NCBI GenBank assembly: GCA_965644295.1
Contig: CBFFRP010000442.1
Location: forward strand, 62,001-126,000
Length of the DNA: 64,000 nucleotides
Origin: Paraphysomonas bandaiensis
Taxonomy: Eukaryota > Protista > Chrysophyceae
Direction of reading: 5' to 3'
How positions within the stretch are numbered: position 1 is the first letter of the stretch; every line of letters starts with the position of its first letter. The position numbers were made by a program, and so were the translations under genes. The notes under the pieces were generated by a model. It searched no databases, had not been told where the DNA came from, and saw only the letters and a list, made by a program, of their open reading frames with translations. Below, piece after piece: positions 51,401 through 62,188 of the stretch.

Positions 51401-53018
51401 TCTCCTTTGCCTTCGAAAGGTGATGTCGTTGTAGTCCTGATCCTCTGAATAACATGTGTCGGTGAGCTTCTAATAACTTCGATTTCGAGACATGTCCAGT
51501 ACGCTCATGTAAGCGATCCAACGCATCTTGTCCTGTATTATCCGACAAATTTACCTCCTCCATCTGATTGCACATAGACACGTTTGGCAGATTTAACACC
51601 TCCATCAAGTCCACATACGGCATCCCTCCATGCTCATCGTACTCTCCAGTCAACACCTCGTTTCCAGAGTCCAATTCCACGATTTTAGGCTTTCGAAGCA
51701 GTTGTAATCCGTATCCCATTGATCTCAGCATCCCTCCTGACACAATGTTCTTCACCGCTTCTTCACTAACTCTGATGTCTCTCCATTCCCCGAATGTACC
51801 AGCCCCCTGTGTCTCCAATTGAGAACCCTTTCTAGTTAGTTGGATTGCCCCAAACTCAGGAGTAAATGACTCCAGTGTAATTTTATCCTTTACTATAAAC
51901 AGTCTTTTACTTGCACAACTGTCCAGATATACACGAGGTTCTTCCGACGTATCCACCGATAGCAAAACCTCTTCTCCAAACATATTCGCTTCATCATCCG
52001 ACGACTCTCCGTCGTTGACGTATTTCTTCCATTCTGTCTCGAATTTCCTGTTCGATTTTCGAGGATTCTCATTATCCGGGTTTTTTATGTTCTTCCGTTT
52101 TTTCGACTTGCACTGTCGGGCTTTATGACTAAAATCTCCACAGATATGACAACCAGTATAATCCTTTGATCCTGGCTGCTGCACACTCTTCGAAGCCTTT
52201 TCCTTTGTCTTCCCTTTTCTTTTGAACTTATCCATTTTTCTTTGTCGTTCCTTAGCATAACAATTCGCTGCTACGTGTCCCTTCTTCCGACAAAATGAAC
52301 AAACCACTGGCTCCTTCGACGCCGTAAAATTGATCTCTTCAGATTTGTCTCCCTTTAGTTTCTTCAGCTGCGTCATAGCCTCGTCATACTCTTCACAAGC
52401 CTCTTTCACCGAATCAAATGTAGTTGTTGCTTTAGGCATCATCGCTACCGACATCCATAAATCATGTAATTCCTCTATCTGCAGCGCTGCTTTTATCTTT
52501 GCTAATTTACTTGCCTCTGTCTGCGGTTGTCCCAATTTTATGAGCTTCTGGATTATACCGTTCAGTCGATCTACCCCAACAGACACCTTTTCCCCCGGCC
52601 TTATTTTGAACGAATGGTATTCTGCCGTAGTCTTCTCCAATACAGTCCCAATCTCGCCTCTGAACCTATCAACCAGTGTCTGAAGGAGCTCACTGGATAA
52701 CACCTCCTTAGCAGGATCATCAGCAGGTAAAGTTGCCTTCCCCTCCAAATATTGATTGGCTACCTCCAACACATCAGGGTCATGCTCGCAAGCCTCCCAA
52801 ATAGTACTAACACAGGTATCATTACGCTCTCTCCATGACTCTAAATTCCTTCCTCCGGCTGGCGGGTCCTCCAAGCCAAGATGGTTTCGGTTTTTCTTCA
52901 TTAGATGCATCTTGATTTTTCTCGCTGAATAGTCTGCTTGGTTCTTGTCAAACCGTAGCTTCTTGTCATCTTCCCCATCCCTACAACTAGCATTCGCTAC
53001 CATAACAGAAGTTGACAT
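48421..53018 (-). CDS. Copia gag-pol polyprotein split by one frameshift near 50800
   Basis: Two CCHC knuckles (CSFCRKKGHVAANC, CHICGDFSHKARQC), LDSCAS protease, HERTGH..CKWC GAG-pre-integrase, integrase ADGGSE/AVSERK, RT YKARLVA/QLDVSNAFL/YVDD, RNase H TDADWAG/DSQSA/ADIYTK. Confidence 0.93.
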
Positions 53019-53295
53019 TATTTGCTAAGGTTTACTATTCTCAACTGATAAGATGAAATTATAAACATTACATGATAAAGAACCTAAGTTGTGTTCGATG
53101 TGTTCAACACCATTCATTTACTACTATAGTGTACAAACCACCCACTCAGTGATCGTATCCTGTATAGTCATCCACTTCTACTTCAGTTTCATACTACATA
53201 ATATAATGTACTAATTACATATATATCTTTCGATCCTTGCATCTCACATAATACTGCACTCAATTGCAAGTATATAGAATCTTCAGATCTCAACA
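53003..53295 (-). repeat. 5' LTR of copia
   Basis: Starts TGTTGAG, ends ..TGTTA, directly followed by the PBS. Confidence 0.95.
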
Positions 53296-53300
53296 AATTA

Positions 53301-53653
53301 TGTTGAGTTTTGCCGTTAATTCTACCCATCAGAGTTATGTCTCGTGGTTTGACAATTCAATGTACAGCTTTGAATTGAGAGGGAGTGTTGAGTTTTGCTG
53401 TTTAAGCGATTAAAAGCTGTAATTCTAAGATGTTGGAATTATGACGGTTACTGGAGAATACAGTAGTGGTTAGCTGTATTATGAGAAGTGATATCATGAC
53501 GATAAAAGATCGTACTTGAAATGAGTGGTAGTAGAGATAACGTGATATATTGTTTATTATATTTATTATAATCTTCTCTAATCTTAACTTGATTAATGAG
53601 TGAATACACGTCCAGTTAACTTAGTAATCACCCAATTGTGTCATATCTTGACA
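53301..53653 (+). mobile_element. Internally deleted remnant of a second LTR element
   Basis: TGTTGAGTTTTGC at 53301 and 53386, the latter preceded by PPT TTGAGAGGGAG; ends ..GACA followed by AATTA. Confidence 0.55.
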
Positions 53654-54135
53654 AATTATATATCTCTTCTTTGTCATTACTATTCTCATATTGATTTGTT
53701 CTATTACTTTAATTTACTTTAAGGTATTCGAATTTACACTCTACTACGGTTCCTCTGTATGAGTGTATTCTTGCTCACACAGAAACTACTGCTCCTCTGA
53801 TAGTCGTCCCCTAAGGGATACACATAACGCCATTTACACTACTTTTTACCTGAGTATTACGAAGCCGTTGAATATCGGCAATCACGTTATTCTATATGTA
53901 TCGTGACGAGCGTTGTAAAAATGTTCATATTGTTCTTTGCAACGATCTTTGCCATCATGTTATGTTACTTTTACGTGCTGATGTTAAAAGTATATACTGA
54001 GCCTTAAATATACTGTCACACGCTTACATAAAGTGGCTGTGCACATACATCCAAGCTTCTATACGTTAACTGAAAATGGGATTGTACCGTAGTATGATCA
54101 GTAGCTATATAATAATTATACATCTTAAGATTCTA

Positions 54136-54520
54136 TAGTAGTGAATGTCTGATTATAATCAATTGCTGTGTAATAAGAGTCAGAAGTAATGTAGCAAAAC
54201 TATTTAACTAACTAGTGCTTAACTCTGATATACTAGTTGAGGTGGTCGCACCTTGGTGCTTGCGGTGACGCACAAGAGAGATAAATAGTATGGTATTATA
54301 TTAAGTGCTTGACAGACCCCTCTGCTTAGTCTCTATTTCTATTAGTTTTAATACTGATAATCAGACATTACAACATAATAATACTCTGATATACTACTAT
54401 TTGGCGCTACGCTGCTTTTTGTGCGTCACCACAAGCACCAAAAAGTGAAACCACTTTTGCTTTCTGTCCTTAAGGTAAACAGCCCGTATGATTGACTTCA
54501 GCAGGCAGCCCAGTACGCAG
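54136..54520 (-). mobile_element. Degenerate SINE-like family copy interrupted by a nested insertion
   Basis: GTGAATGTC terminus, hairpin TGTGCGTCACCACAAGCACC, partial core TGACTTCAGCAGGCAGCCCA. Confidence 0.6.
54236..54382 (+). mobile_element. 147-bp LINE-tail-type insertion nested in the opposite orientation
   Basis: GTGGTCGCACCTTGGTGCTTGCGGTGACGCACAAG start, AGACATTACAACATAATAAT tail; perfect 14-bp TSD ACTCTGATATACTA. Confidence 0.8.
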
Positions 54521-54587
54521 TGATTGAAAACCAATTAATTGTTTCCCAAAAGCCTGTGACAAAAGCCTCTAGATCTTGAACAGACAT

Positions 54588-54776
54588 ATTGAAAGTCTTT
54601 TTATTTAGCAATAGGCGTTAGAAACCTGTACCAATATAGTGGCTAGTTGAATGCTAGACATACTAGTTAGACCTCTACCCATAACTAATCCGTACAAATA
54701 TTCCATTATCCTACTATTTAACGCTACAGAAGCTGCTTGTGCGTCGCCGCAAGTACCAAGGTGCAACCACTTCCGT
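54588..54776 (-). mobile_element. 189-bp copy of the LINE 3' end
   Basis: Close match to 2063-2250; perfect 14-bp TSD TCTTGAACAGACAT (54574-54587, 54777-54790). Confidence 0.88.
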
Positions 54777-54962
54777 TCTTGAACAGACATCATCTTCCAA
54801 TTGTCTCTCTTACGGTTACTATACATCATTATGTTAATCACTATTTTTCTAACTGCTGTGTACATATTGTAGTGTATTCTTCACTGCAAGTAATAGTATT
54901 ACATATTACAGTAACACTGCTTCAATATATAAGCAATTCCATTCTGAACAGGTTGCTTGTTT

Positions 54963-55125
54963 CAGGGCTAGGAAACAATATATTGAATTGCAATACATTG
55001 TACAATATATTGCAATATATTGTAATTGCATTGTTGGGCTTGTTTAAAATCTCCATCAATATAATAGTATTAATTGAACGCTCTCTAACAATAATAGTAT
55101 TGCAATATATTGTTTCCTAGCCCTG
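54963..55125. mobile_element. 163-bp hAT-type MITE (family of 22597-23360)
   Basis: Perfect TIR CAGGGCTAGGAAACAATATATTG; degenerate 8-bp TSD GCTTGTTT/GTTTGTGT. Confidence 0.85.
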
Positions 55126-55584
55126 GTTTGTGTTGTGTTGTAATTGAAAAGAATTCTCCCTTGCTGGACCACAAGTTGCAACTTATTATTAGAGCTACTT
55201 ACCTATCTTCCCACAGGACTTTCTTTCCACGATCGAACTGTTTTCTTGTTAAGATGGACTAAAACAAATATGTTAGTAGTACGTAGTTCATTTAGCAAAT
55301 TCGTTAAGGTTGTACTAGACCGCAGCACATAATTGCAGTGGTGTAAGAAATGAAATTTCACACACAAAAAAACGATTATTATTTTTATAGAGAACAACCA
55401 TTAGATCAAAGGGAAATTGTTCGAAACTCTAAAGAAACACCACTCACAGCTTTCATAACACAGTTATAGGAGTGTTAATATATACTTCTCTCATGCCACC
55501 AACATGAGTATGTTGGAATCTTCCAATGAACCATGCCACAATTTCGAGGCATCGAGGTATATATAATAGGCGTGGCATGTGCCA

Positions 55585-56743
55585 CTACAGCCGCCTGGTC
55601 TTGTGCGGGTTACTCTGAATCCATGCCATAATATCTGCGACATTTTCGCCCGCCCCCAGTACAGGCGGAGGAGGGCGTACGATTTTCGGGGTGAGACCCA
55701 CCATTTTTTGCTGATGGTGCTGTTTTTGTTCCCTCAGCTGCTGCTGAAAAACGGCCCCAGCCGTGGTGCGGGCTAGTGGCTGGTCTGATGCGATGGGGTC
55801 ATCTGGAGGTGCAGAAGGGAGAGCGGAGACAGGAATGGCGCGAGAGGCCTCGGTCATAGCTGCAAGAAGTGAGTGCTTACCCTTTTCACCACCTGGTGCC
55901 ATGTTGTCCCCATCTTTCTCAACCCCTTTATCCTCCTCGGAAGGAAAGCTGGCAATACTTATTCCATTATATCCGTTGGTATGCTCTAGGTCCTGCTGAA
56001 CGTCGACCCGAGCTCGCTTAGAAGGACTAACACGACCACTGACGACGCTGTCAATCGACCCCTCATTTTCCCTTTTTCCAGTCTCACTTAAGCGCTTCCT
56101 TGCGCGTTCCAGGAACTCAAGAACGTTTGGTGACTCCTGGCTGCTTTGAAGAAGCCCCACTGCTGCTTGTAACAGCTCGGTGTACTCTCGAATCTGTGCC
56201 TCCAACGCGGCCTCTTTCCGTTTGTGCTGAAAATCCAGCTCGCGATGGCGGAGACTCATACGTACCAAACGTTGCCGCAATTGTTCACTACAAAAATAAA
56301 TGATCAAAGTGTGAAATTCAACCATCCATTACTCACGTTGTGTCTTTACTGCTAAGAGACTCCTGCAATGAGCGAAAAGAGAAGTCGCAACAATTGGTCC
56401 CCACCTCATTTTTGGCATGCCACGTTTTCTTATGTATGTCTGTAAATAGAGACATAACAACAGGAGAAACACACAGCCCGCACATCATACCCAGATACTC
56501 CTTCAGTTTGAATCTCTTGCGACAGTCGCCTATATCACACTCCCACTGCCTCTCATCTGTGTGGGTCTGCTCGTGTCGTATGAGACCGCACTTCTCAATG
56601 AACTCCTTATTGCACTTGCTGCACCTGAAGGGCTTCTCTCCTGTGTGTGTTCTGAAGTGTCTCGTAAGGCTCCATCGCTTATGAAACTCTCTGTGACAGC
56701 CCTCATACGGACACACGTACTTATCTTCTCTCCCTCCGCTCAT
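55585..56743 (-). CDS. C2H2 zinc-finger transcription factor (3 fingers, coiled coil); 3 exons
   Basis: CPYEGC..HFRTHTGEKPFRCSKC..HEQTH..CDIGDC..; introns near 56490-56440 and 56337-56290. Confidence 0.85.
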
Positions 56744-57220
56744 ACCACCTCTCAGAGGAAGATTATCTATCACTTCTGATTAACGTACCAGAGCAGAGAA
56801 GGAAAGAGCGAGTAGAGGATCGTGTGTGTGTGTCTAGAGATGGATGTGCTCTTTGTCATGTACATGTACATACACACACAGCAGCAGGTACCGGATCTAC
56901 AGCATATATATACAGCATGTACAGCATCGTAGGATTCCGCCCTACTTCCTACTGTATATAGGAACATGTACAGCAGTATACTGCACAGCAGCAGCACACC
57001 ATATACCATATACTCATGAGATCAGTGTATAGCTACCGGTATACGGTATCAGTATACAGCGTGAGTGTGAGTGGTATTCTAGTCATAGCTGTATTCGTAT
57101 TCGTACTTGTCTTTTGAGATGAGCATAGAGGAGTACAGCCTTAACTAACACTCATTTCAGGTACCAACACCGCAACTCAATTCTTCAGTCAAAAGCAATT
57201 AGTTTTCAATTAATATCAAG

Positions 57221-57457
57221 ATGGTTCTTAGAACGTCTCGGATTTTGGATGGTGTTCATAAGTTGTCTGTTGCTATTCTGGCGGGGAATGCCTTCTTCGG
57301 TAGGTGATGACAGTTTACTACTAATGTAGTAACGACATTAATACCTATAGGTTTTGCTTGGATGATTAGTGGTGCGGTCTCGGCTGCCTTACTCCCTCCT
57401 GTTCAAAAAAATGTTAAAATCGATTACAAAATGCACGACACTGAGAAATCGAATTGA
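57221..57457 (+). CDS. 61-aa single-TM microprotein, COX14-like; 2 exons (57221-57299, 57351-57457)
   Basis: Spliced ORF MVLRTSRILDGVHKLSVAILAGNAFFGFAWMISGAVSAALLPPVQKNVKIDYKMHDTEKSN; GT-AG intron with CTAAT branch site; not in the ORF track. Confidence 0.6.
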
Positions 57458-57792
57458 ATAAGGCTTTATTTCATGCGATGTAACTTCCAGACAACTGTGT
57501 AGAATTACCGCTGTACAATTATAAATTAGCTTATTTCACGGTATACTCGAACATAGGCTCTATAACACGCCAGTAGCAGTAAAACTAATAAAAACTCGTT
57601 CGAGTAACTTAATGAGGAAATTTGCCCTTATAATATATACCATATACCTTCAGGATGGTCAAATTACATATTAGTATACCACAATAAAACGAGCTTCTAT
57701 CTGCCTTATAGTTTGTACTTCTTCAATTTCTATTATAAATGTAGGTAGGTCAACAACAGAATCTACCTCTAGAGACGGAAGTTCTGTCAGAT

Positions 57793-58070
57793 CAGGGATA
57801 AGGAACAATATATTGCAATACTATTGTTAGATAGCGTCCCATCAATAGTATTGATGGATTTTTTAAACCGGCCCTACAATACTATTTCAATATATTGCAA
57901 TATATTAGTATATGACTAATCAGTAAGTAAACACATCTGTAGTTTCCATTTTTAGTACTCCCTTGCTATTGTTATAAGGTCTAAGGTCACTTGATAATCA
58001 AACCCACTACTCCTAACTAATTAAAAGTTTCCTCATACTCATCCTCTGAGCCATCATCGGTGACATCTAA
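57793..58070 (+). mobile_element. Truncated hAT-type element (left arm of the 22597 family)
   Basis: CAGGGATAAGGAACAATATATTGCAATACTATTG... homologous to 22597-22885. Confidence 0.75.
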
Positions 58071-58892
58071 GTAAGTGATTATATACAGTTAGAAGTTAGA
58101 TAATTTTTATAATTCTGTTCCCATACTCCTTCCCTACTCTACTATCTACTATATAGCTATATAGCTATGTACTATATAAACTATATATATAATATATACT
58201 ATACACTAGGTTTCGCTAATTTTCCTTGATAATATATAGTTTCATATTTCAACTTCTTTTGAGATGTCACCAACCATGTGTCAATTGAAACTTAGCAGAC
58301 AAGTATAGAGCCACCAGACCTCAGGCCTATGTGAGTATAAAATCAAAAGAATATACAATGGCTGGCCAAAGAATAAAATATGTCACTAAAAGGATTAAAC
58401 CTTACGACAAAGATCAAAACGATAATAGTTCAACATAGAACTCTAAAACTAAATTGCGGTGCGGTGCACCACTACGCGATATCAGTGTCTATTGCTCAAA
58501 TAGATATCAAGAGCACTGGCACTGCATACGTACAAACACAGCAGGCCCATTCGGAGACAGCATCGAACTACACATTATTACCTTACTTCATCTTGTAAGA
58601 TATTGACGCCTGATGAATCCATCGGGTTTTCTTCGAGCTAGTGATAGAAGCAAGAGGACCTCACATGCGTAACGCACAAATCTACATAGAGATAGCGATG
58701 TCAACTGTATTCTATGTATATGTGCTGTATACCACACCCTCATACCGGATGCATATATGCATTATATGCATGCAGAGAGATTGTGGATGTACAGTACTGG
58801 TGTGCTGTATGGGTGTACGCCTACAGCAGAGCTGTATGTTATGGTCACAGTGCACTGTATAGTATCTACGATGGATACTTATACTTAACGAC

Positions 58893-60344
58893 ATGACTTC
58901 ATCTACCAGTGCTGATGTGGTGATAGTGGGGGCCGGCTTATCAGGCATAGGCGCGGCTTATTTTTTACAGCGTAACTGTCGCGATAAGCGTTATATCATA
59001 CTGGAGTCGCGGGATGCCATCGGCGGCACATGGGATCTATTCAGATATCCAGGAATACGATCTGACTCCTCGATGTACACCTTCGGCTACTCGTTCAAGC
59101 CCTGGATTGGAAAGAAGTATATCTCTGATGGGCCCTCTATCTTAAGTTACATTCACTCGACAGCGTCTCAATATAGCATTATGAGTAACATCAAACACGG
59201 ATACTCAGTGCAAACTGCAAGTTGGGATTCCAATGATTCGCGGTGGCATTTAACTGCTCTGAATAAAGCTGGGAATATTGTACACTTTGATTGTAGCTTT
59301 CTATTCATGTGTACTGGGTATTATGACTACCAGAAGGGATATACACCAGAATTTCCAGGTTATAGCAGGTACAAAGGTATTCTGGTGCACCCTCAGCAGT
59401 GGCCATCTGACCTTAACTATGATAATAAGGAGATTGTGGTAGTGGGATCTGGAGCAACTGCTGTTACTTTAGTGCCTGAGTTGGCTAAGAGAGCCAAACA
59501 TGTGACAATGCTACAGCGGTCACCTACTTATATTGCAGCCCTGCCATCAGAAGATTCTTTTGCTAATAGGCTGTATCGTATGTTGCCCGAGAGTATTGCT
59601 TTCTTGGTGATTAGGTGGCGCAGCATTATTAGGCACTATCTCAGCTACTGGTACACTCGGAAAAATCCTCTCAAAGTCAAAGCCATGATAATTGATGGAA
59701 TTAAAGCTTATTTAGGGCCAGAGTTTGATGTGGATAAGCACTTCACGCCAAAATATAACCCTTGGGACCAACGTTTTTGCTTGTGTCCTGATGGAGACTT
59801 TTTTGCTGCTCTCAAGAATAAGTCTGCATCAGTCGTCACGGACCACATCAGTACTTTCACTGAGACTGGAATTTCTTTGCAATCTGGCCAAGAATTGGAA
59901 GCAGATATAATTATAACAGCTACTGGTCTTAACTTGAAGATACTTGGAGGGGTTAAATTTACAGTTGACGGTATGAGATTGGACACCTCACAGTGCTACA
60001 TGTATAAAGGAGCCTTATTCAGTGGAGTTCCAAACCTTGCTTGGTCAATGGGATATACGAACGCGTCATACACCCTCAAGTGTGACCTAACGTGCGAGTA
60101 TGTGACTCGTATTTTAAACTTAATGGACAGGAATGGATACAGGTCTTGTACGCCAACACCTTTGGGACCCCCAATGCCTCAACGTCCTTTGCTGGACCTG
60201 ACTTCCAACTATATTATCAGGAGCATGGAAATGTATCCGAAGCAAGGGAACCGCTTTCCATGGAGATATAATAACAACTACTTTAGAGACGTTCTTATCA
60301 TGCGATATTATCCATTAAGGGACAAGGAATTAGTCTTTGCGTAA
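58893..60344 (+). CDS. Flavin-containing Baeyer-Villiger monooxygenase, EthA-like; intronless
   Basis: GAGLSG, GGTWDLFRYPGIRSDS, YKGILVHPQQWP (BVMO fingerprint), GSGATA, YNPWDQR, ATGL. Confidence 0.92.
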   Translation: MTSSTSADVVIVGAGLSGIGAAYFLQRNCRDKRYIILESRDAIGGTWDLFRYPGIRSDSSMYTFGYSFKPWIGKKYISDGPSILSYIHSTASQYSIMSNIKHGYSVQTASWDSNDSRWHLTALNKAGNIVHFDCSFLFMCTGYYDYQKGYTPEFPGYSRYKGILVHPQQWPSDLNYDNKEIVVVGSGATAVTLVPELAKRAKHVTMLQRSPTYIAALPSEDSFANRLYRMLPESIAFLVIRWRSIIRHYLSYWYTRKNPLKVKAMIIDGIKAYLGPEFDVDKHFTPKYNPWDQRFCLCPDGDFFAALKNKSASVVTDHISTFTETGISLQSGQELEADIIITATGLNLKILGGVKFTVDGMRLDTSQCYMYKGALFSGVPNLAWSMGYTNASYTLKCDLTCEYVTRILNLMDRNGYRSCTPTPLGPPMPQRPLLDLTSNYIIRSMEMYPKQGNRFPWRYNNNYFRDVLIMRYYPLRDKELVFA

Positions 60345-62188
60345 CAGACTTACCAAAACTGGAATGTAACATTTCATTGTGAAAAGTATCGTGATGACTC
60401 CCAGTGATTTCTATTTCAGAATACACGACTCACAACATAACAGCATACTGATTTGAATACTTTTTACAGGTAATAAGCGTTTTGCTAGGTGATAATGCAA
60501 TAGTGAAACAAAATGAAATCTTGTTCATTCAATTTTGTTATTAGAATGTTCGCGCTTATACATAGAAAAAGCAGTGACACAAGTTGTAAACAATAAAGAA
60601 GGTACCGAATTTCTTAAATTAATACGTATTATCCACCCAATGGAAGGATTCGAAAACTGTATAACAAATACACTGAGCTATAGTATTATTAGATTTGTCC
60701 CATTTCGACATTAAGGACATAGTGTAGGGATAGCTGGTTCAATCATCAAGCAACGCATTAATATCTAGATTCGCTGACTCTATGCAGTCGTCCACCATCC
60801 CGCCAGCTTATACACAACATACTCAGATGTGAGGGCTACTTTACCGTCTATGCCCCCCCCCACCCTCCCGTGACAACGAACACGCGTGACCATTAAAATA
60901 TTGAAATTACCTACCAGAAAATAAAATCGTGTCGATAGGCTATCCCTTCCCTTGACATCTATATATACTTATTTCAAATTTGTCCTAACGTGACCTACAT
61001 GCGTATGTCGTAGGACAGATAAGGCACTGACTTAGAACTCCTCTCTCTCTGAAAACGAATCGTATTGCCAATAGATCGGGGCTGCATGTCAATTACTTTC
61101 TGTTTACACCTAATGGGTGCCTTAATGTGGTCAAATTGCATTAATTGAAATTGTCAATCATAACTGCAATTGACTCCAGCTAGCTTCAATTAATTGATTA
61201 AAAAATACTCATAAGTTCCTTGTCCCGCCAATATTGGGCTAGCGTCCGATGAGTACAGAAGGTTATATTGGGTCAGCTGACTCTTTCATTCCCACTCTTG
61301 TGCCTAGAAAGTAGAACAGGTATGAATACCGTAGGAGAGTAGTGTGTGTAGAATCGTAGAATCAGTACAATTTCTGTTTACACCTAATGGGTGCCTTAAA
61401 GTGGTCAATATGCGACAAGTAGGATTCTGTTGAGTTCTTAGCAGATCCTGCTACTGACATATATACAATGTATGATGTAATTCACGGCTTGATGCATTCA
61501 ACAAACCTACTCTACACATACCGAATAAGGAATCACTATTCGATAAACAAGCAAGAAGGGATCATCAGGTGTGTATTAAAAAGTGGTCTACTTTCTCATG
61601 GTGTATGACTCCTTCTTAGAAGAGTGTATCAAAGAAAGCCGCAAGTGCATTTTCTACCTTTAGAATCCTTCCGCTACTCACACTGGCTAGAAGCTGTTGC
61701 GATGCGTACTGATTCATTGATTTGTGAAACAAATGGAGCTTTCGACAGAAGCGCTCTATTTAAAAGCGAATACACGAACTGGCGATGAGAAGAATCCCAT
61801 CTAGCAGAGCATTGTTATAAACTGTACACAACACTAGCACTGCACACTATACCATACACAGTACCTCTGGGCCGTATCTTGCGGCTCCAGATTTTTCTGC
61901 CTCCTTCTTGTTTCATGAAACTACAGTGGACTACTGTATCTACAGCACATTTTCACCGAAACTTTCACAAAAATTACGCAGCAAAATCGGATTCTGTGCA
62001 CAAAAATCATTTTTTTACATTTAAAATTCCGAATTTCTGGATTTGGCGGAGCATTTATTTCGGTTACTCACAAGTGACTGAAGATACGCACACACAGCGC
62101 AACAGACGCAAGCAGCACTGCAAGAGCACGATAGTAATCCAATCACTGCCTTCAGGTGCTGCTGTGACAGGAGGGTGCAACTTAAAAC

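Larger units (their letters stand above)
48004..53295 (-). mobile_element. Full-length Ty1/copia LTR retrotransposon
   Basis: 293-bp LTRs 53003-53295 and 48004-48296; TSD AATTA; PBS TGGTAGCG; PPT TTGAGGGGGAG; gag-PR-IN-RT-RH order. Confidence 0.97.

Noticed and set aside
60840-60960. C-rich tract resembling a DNA transposon subterminal region
   Set aside because: No TIR pair or TSD found
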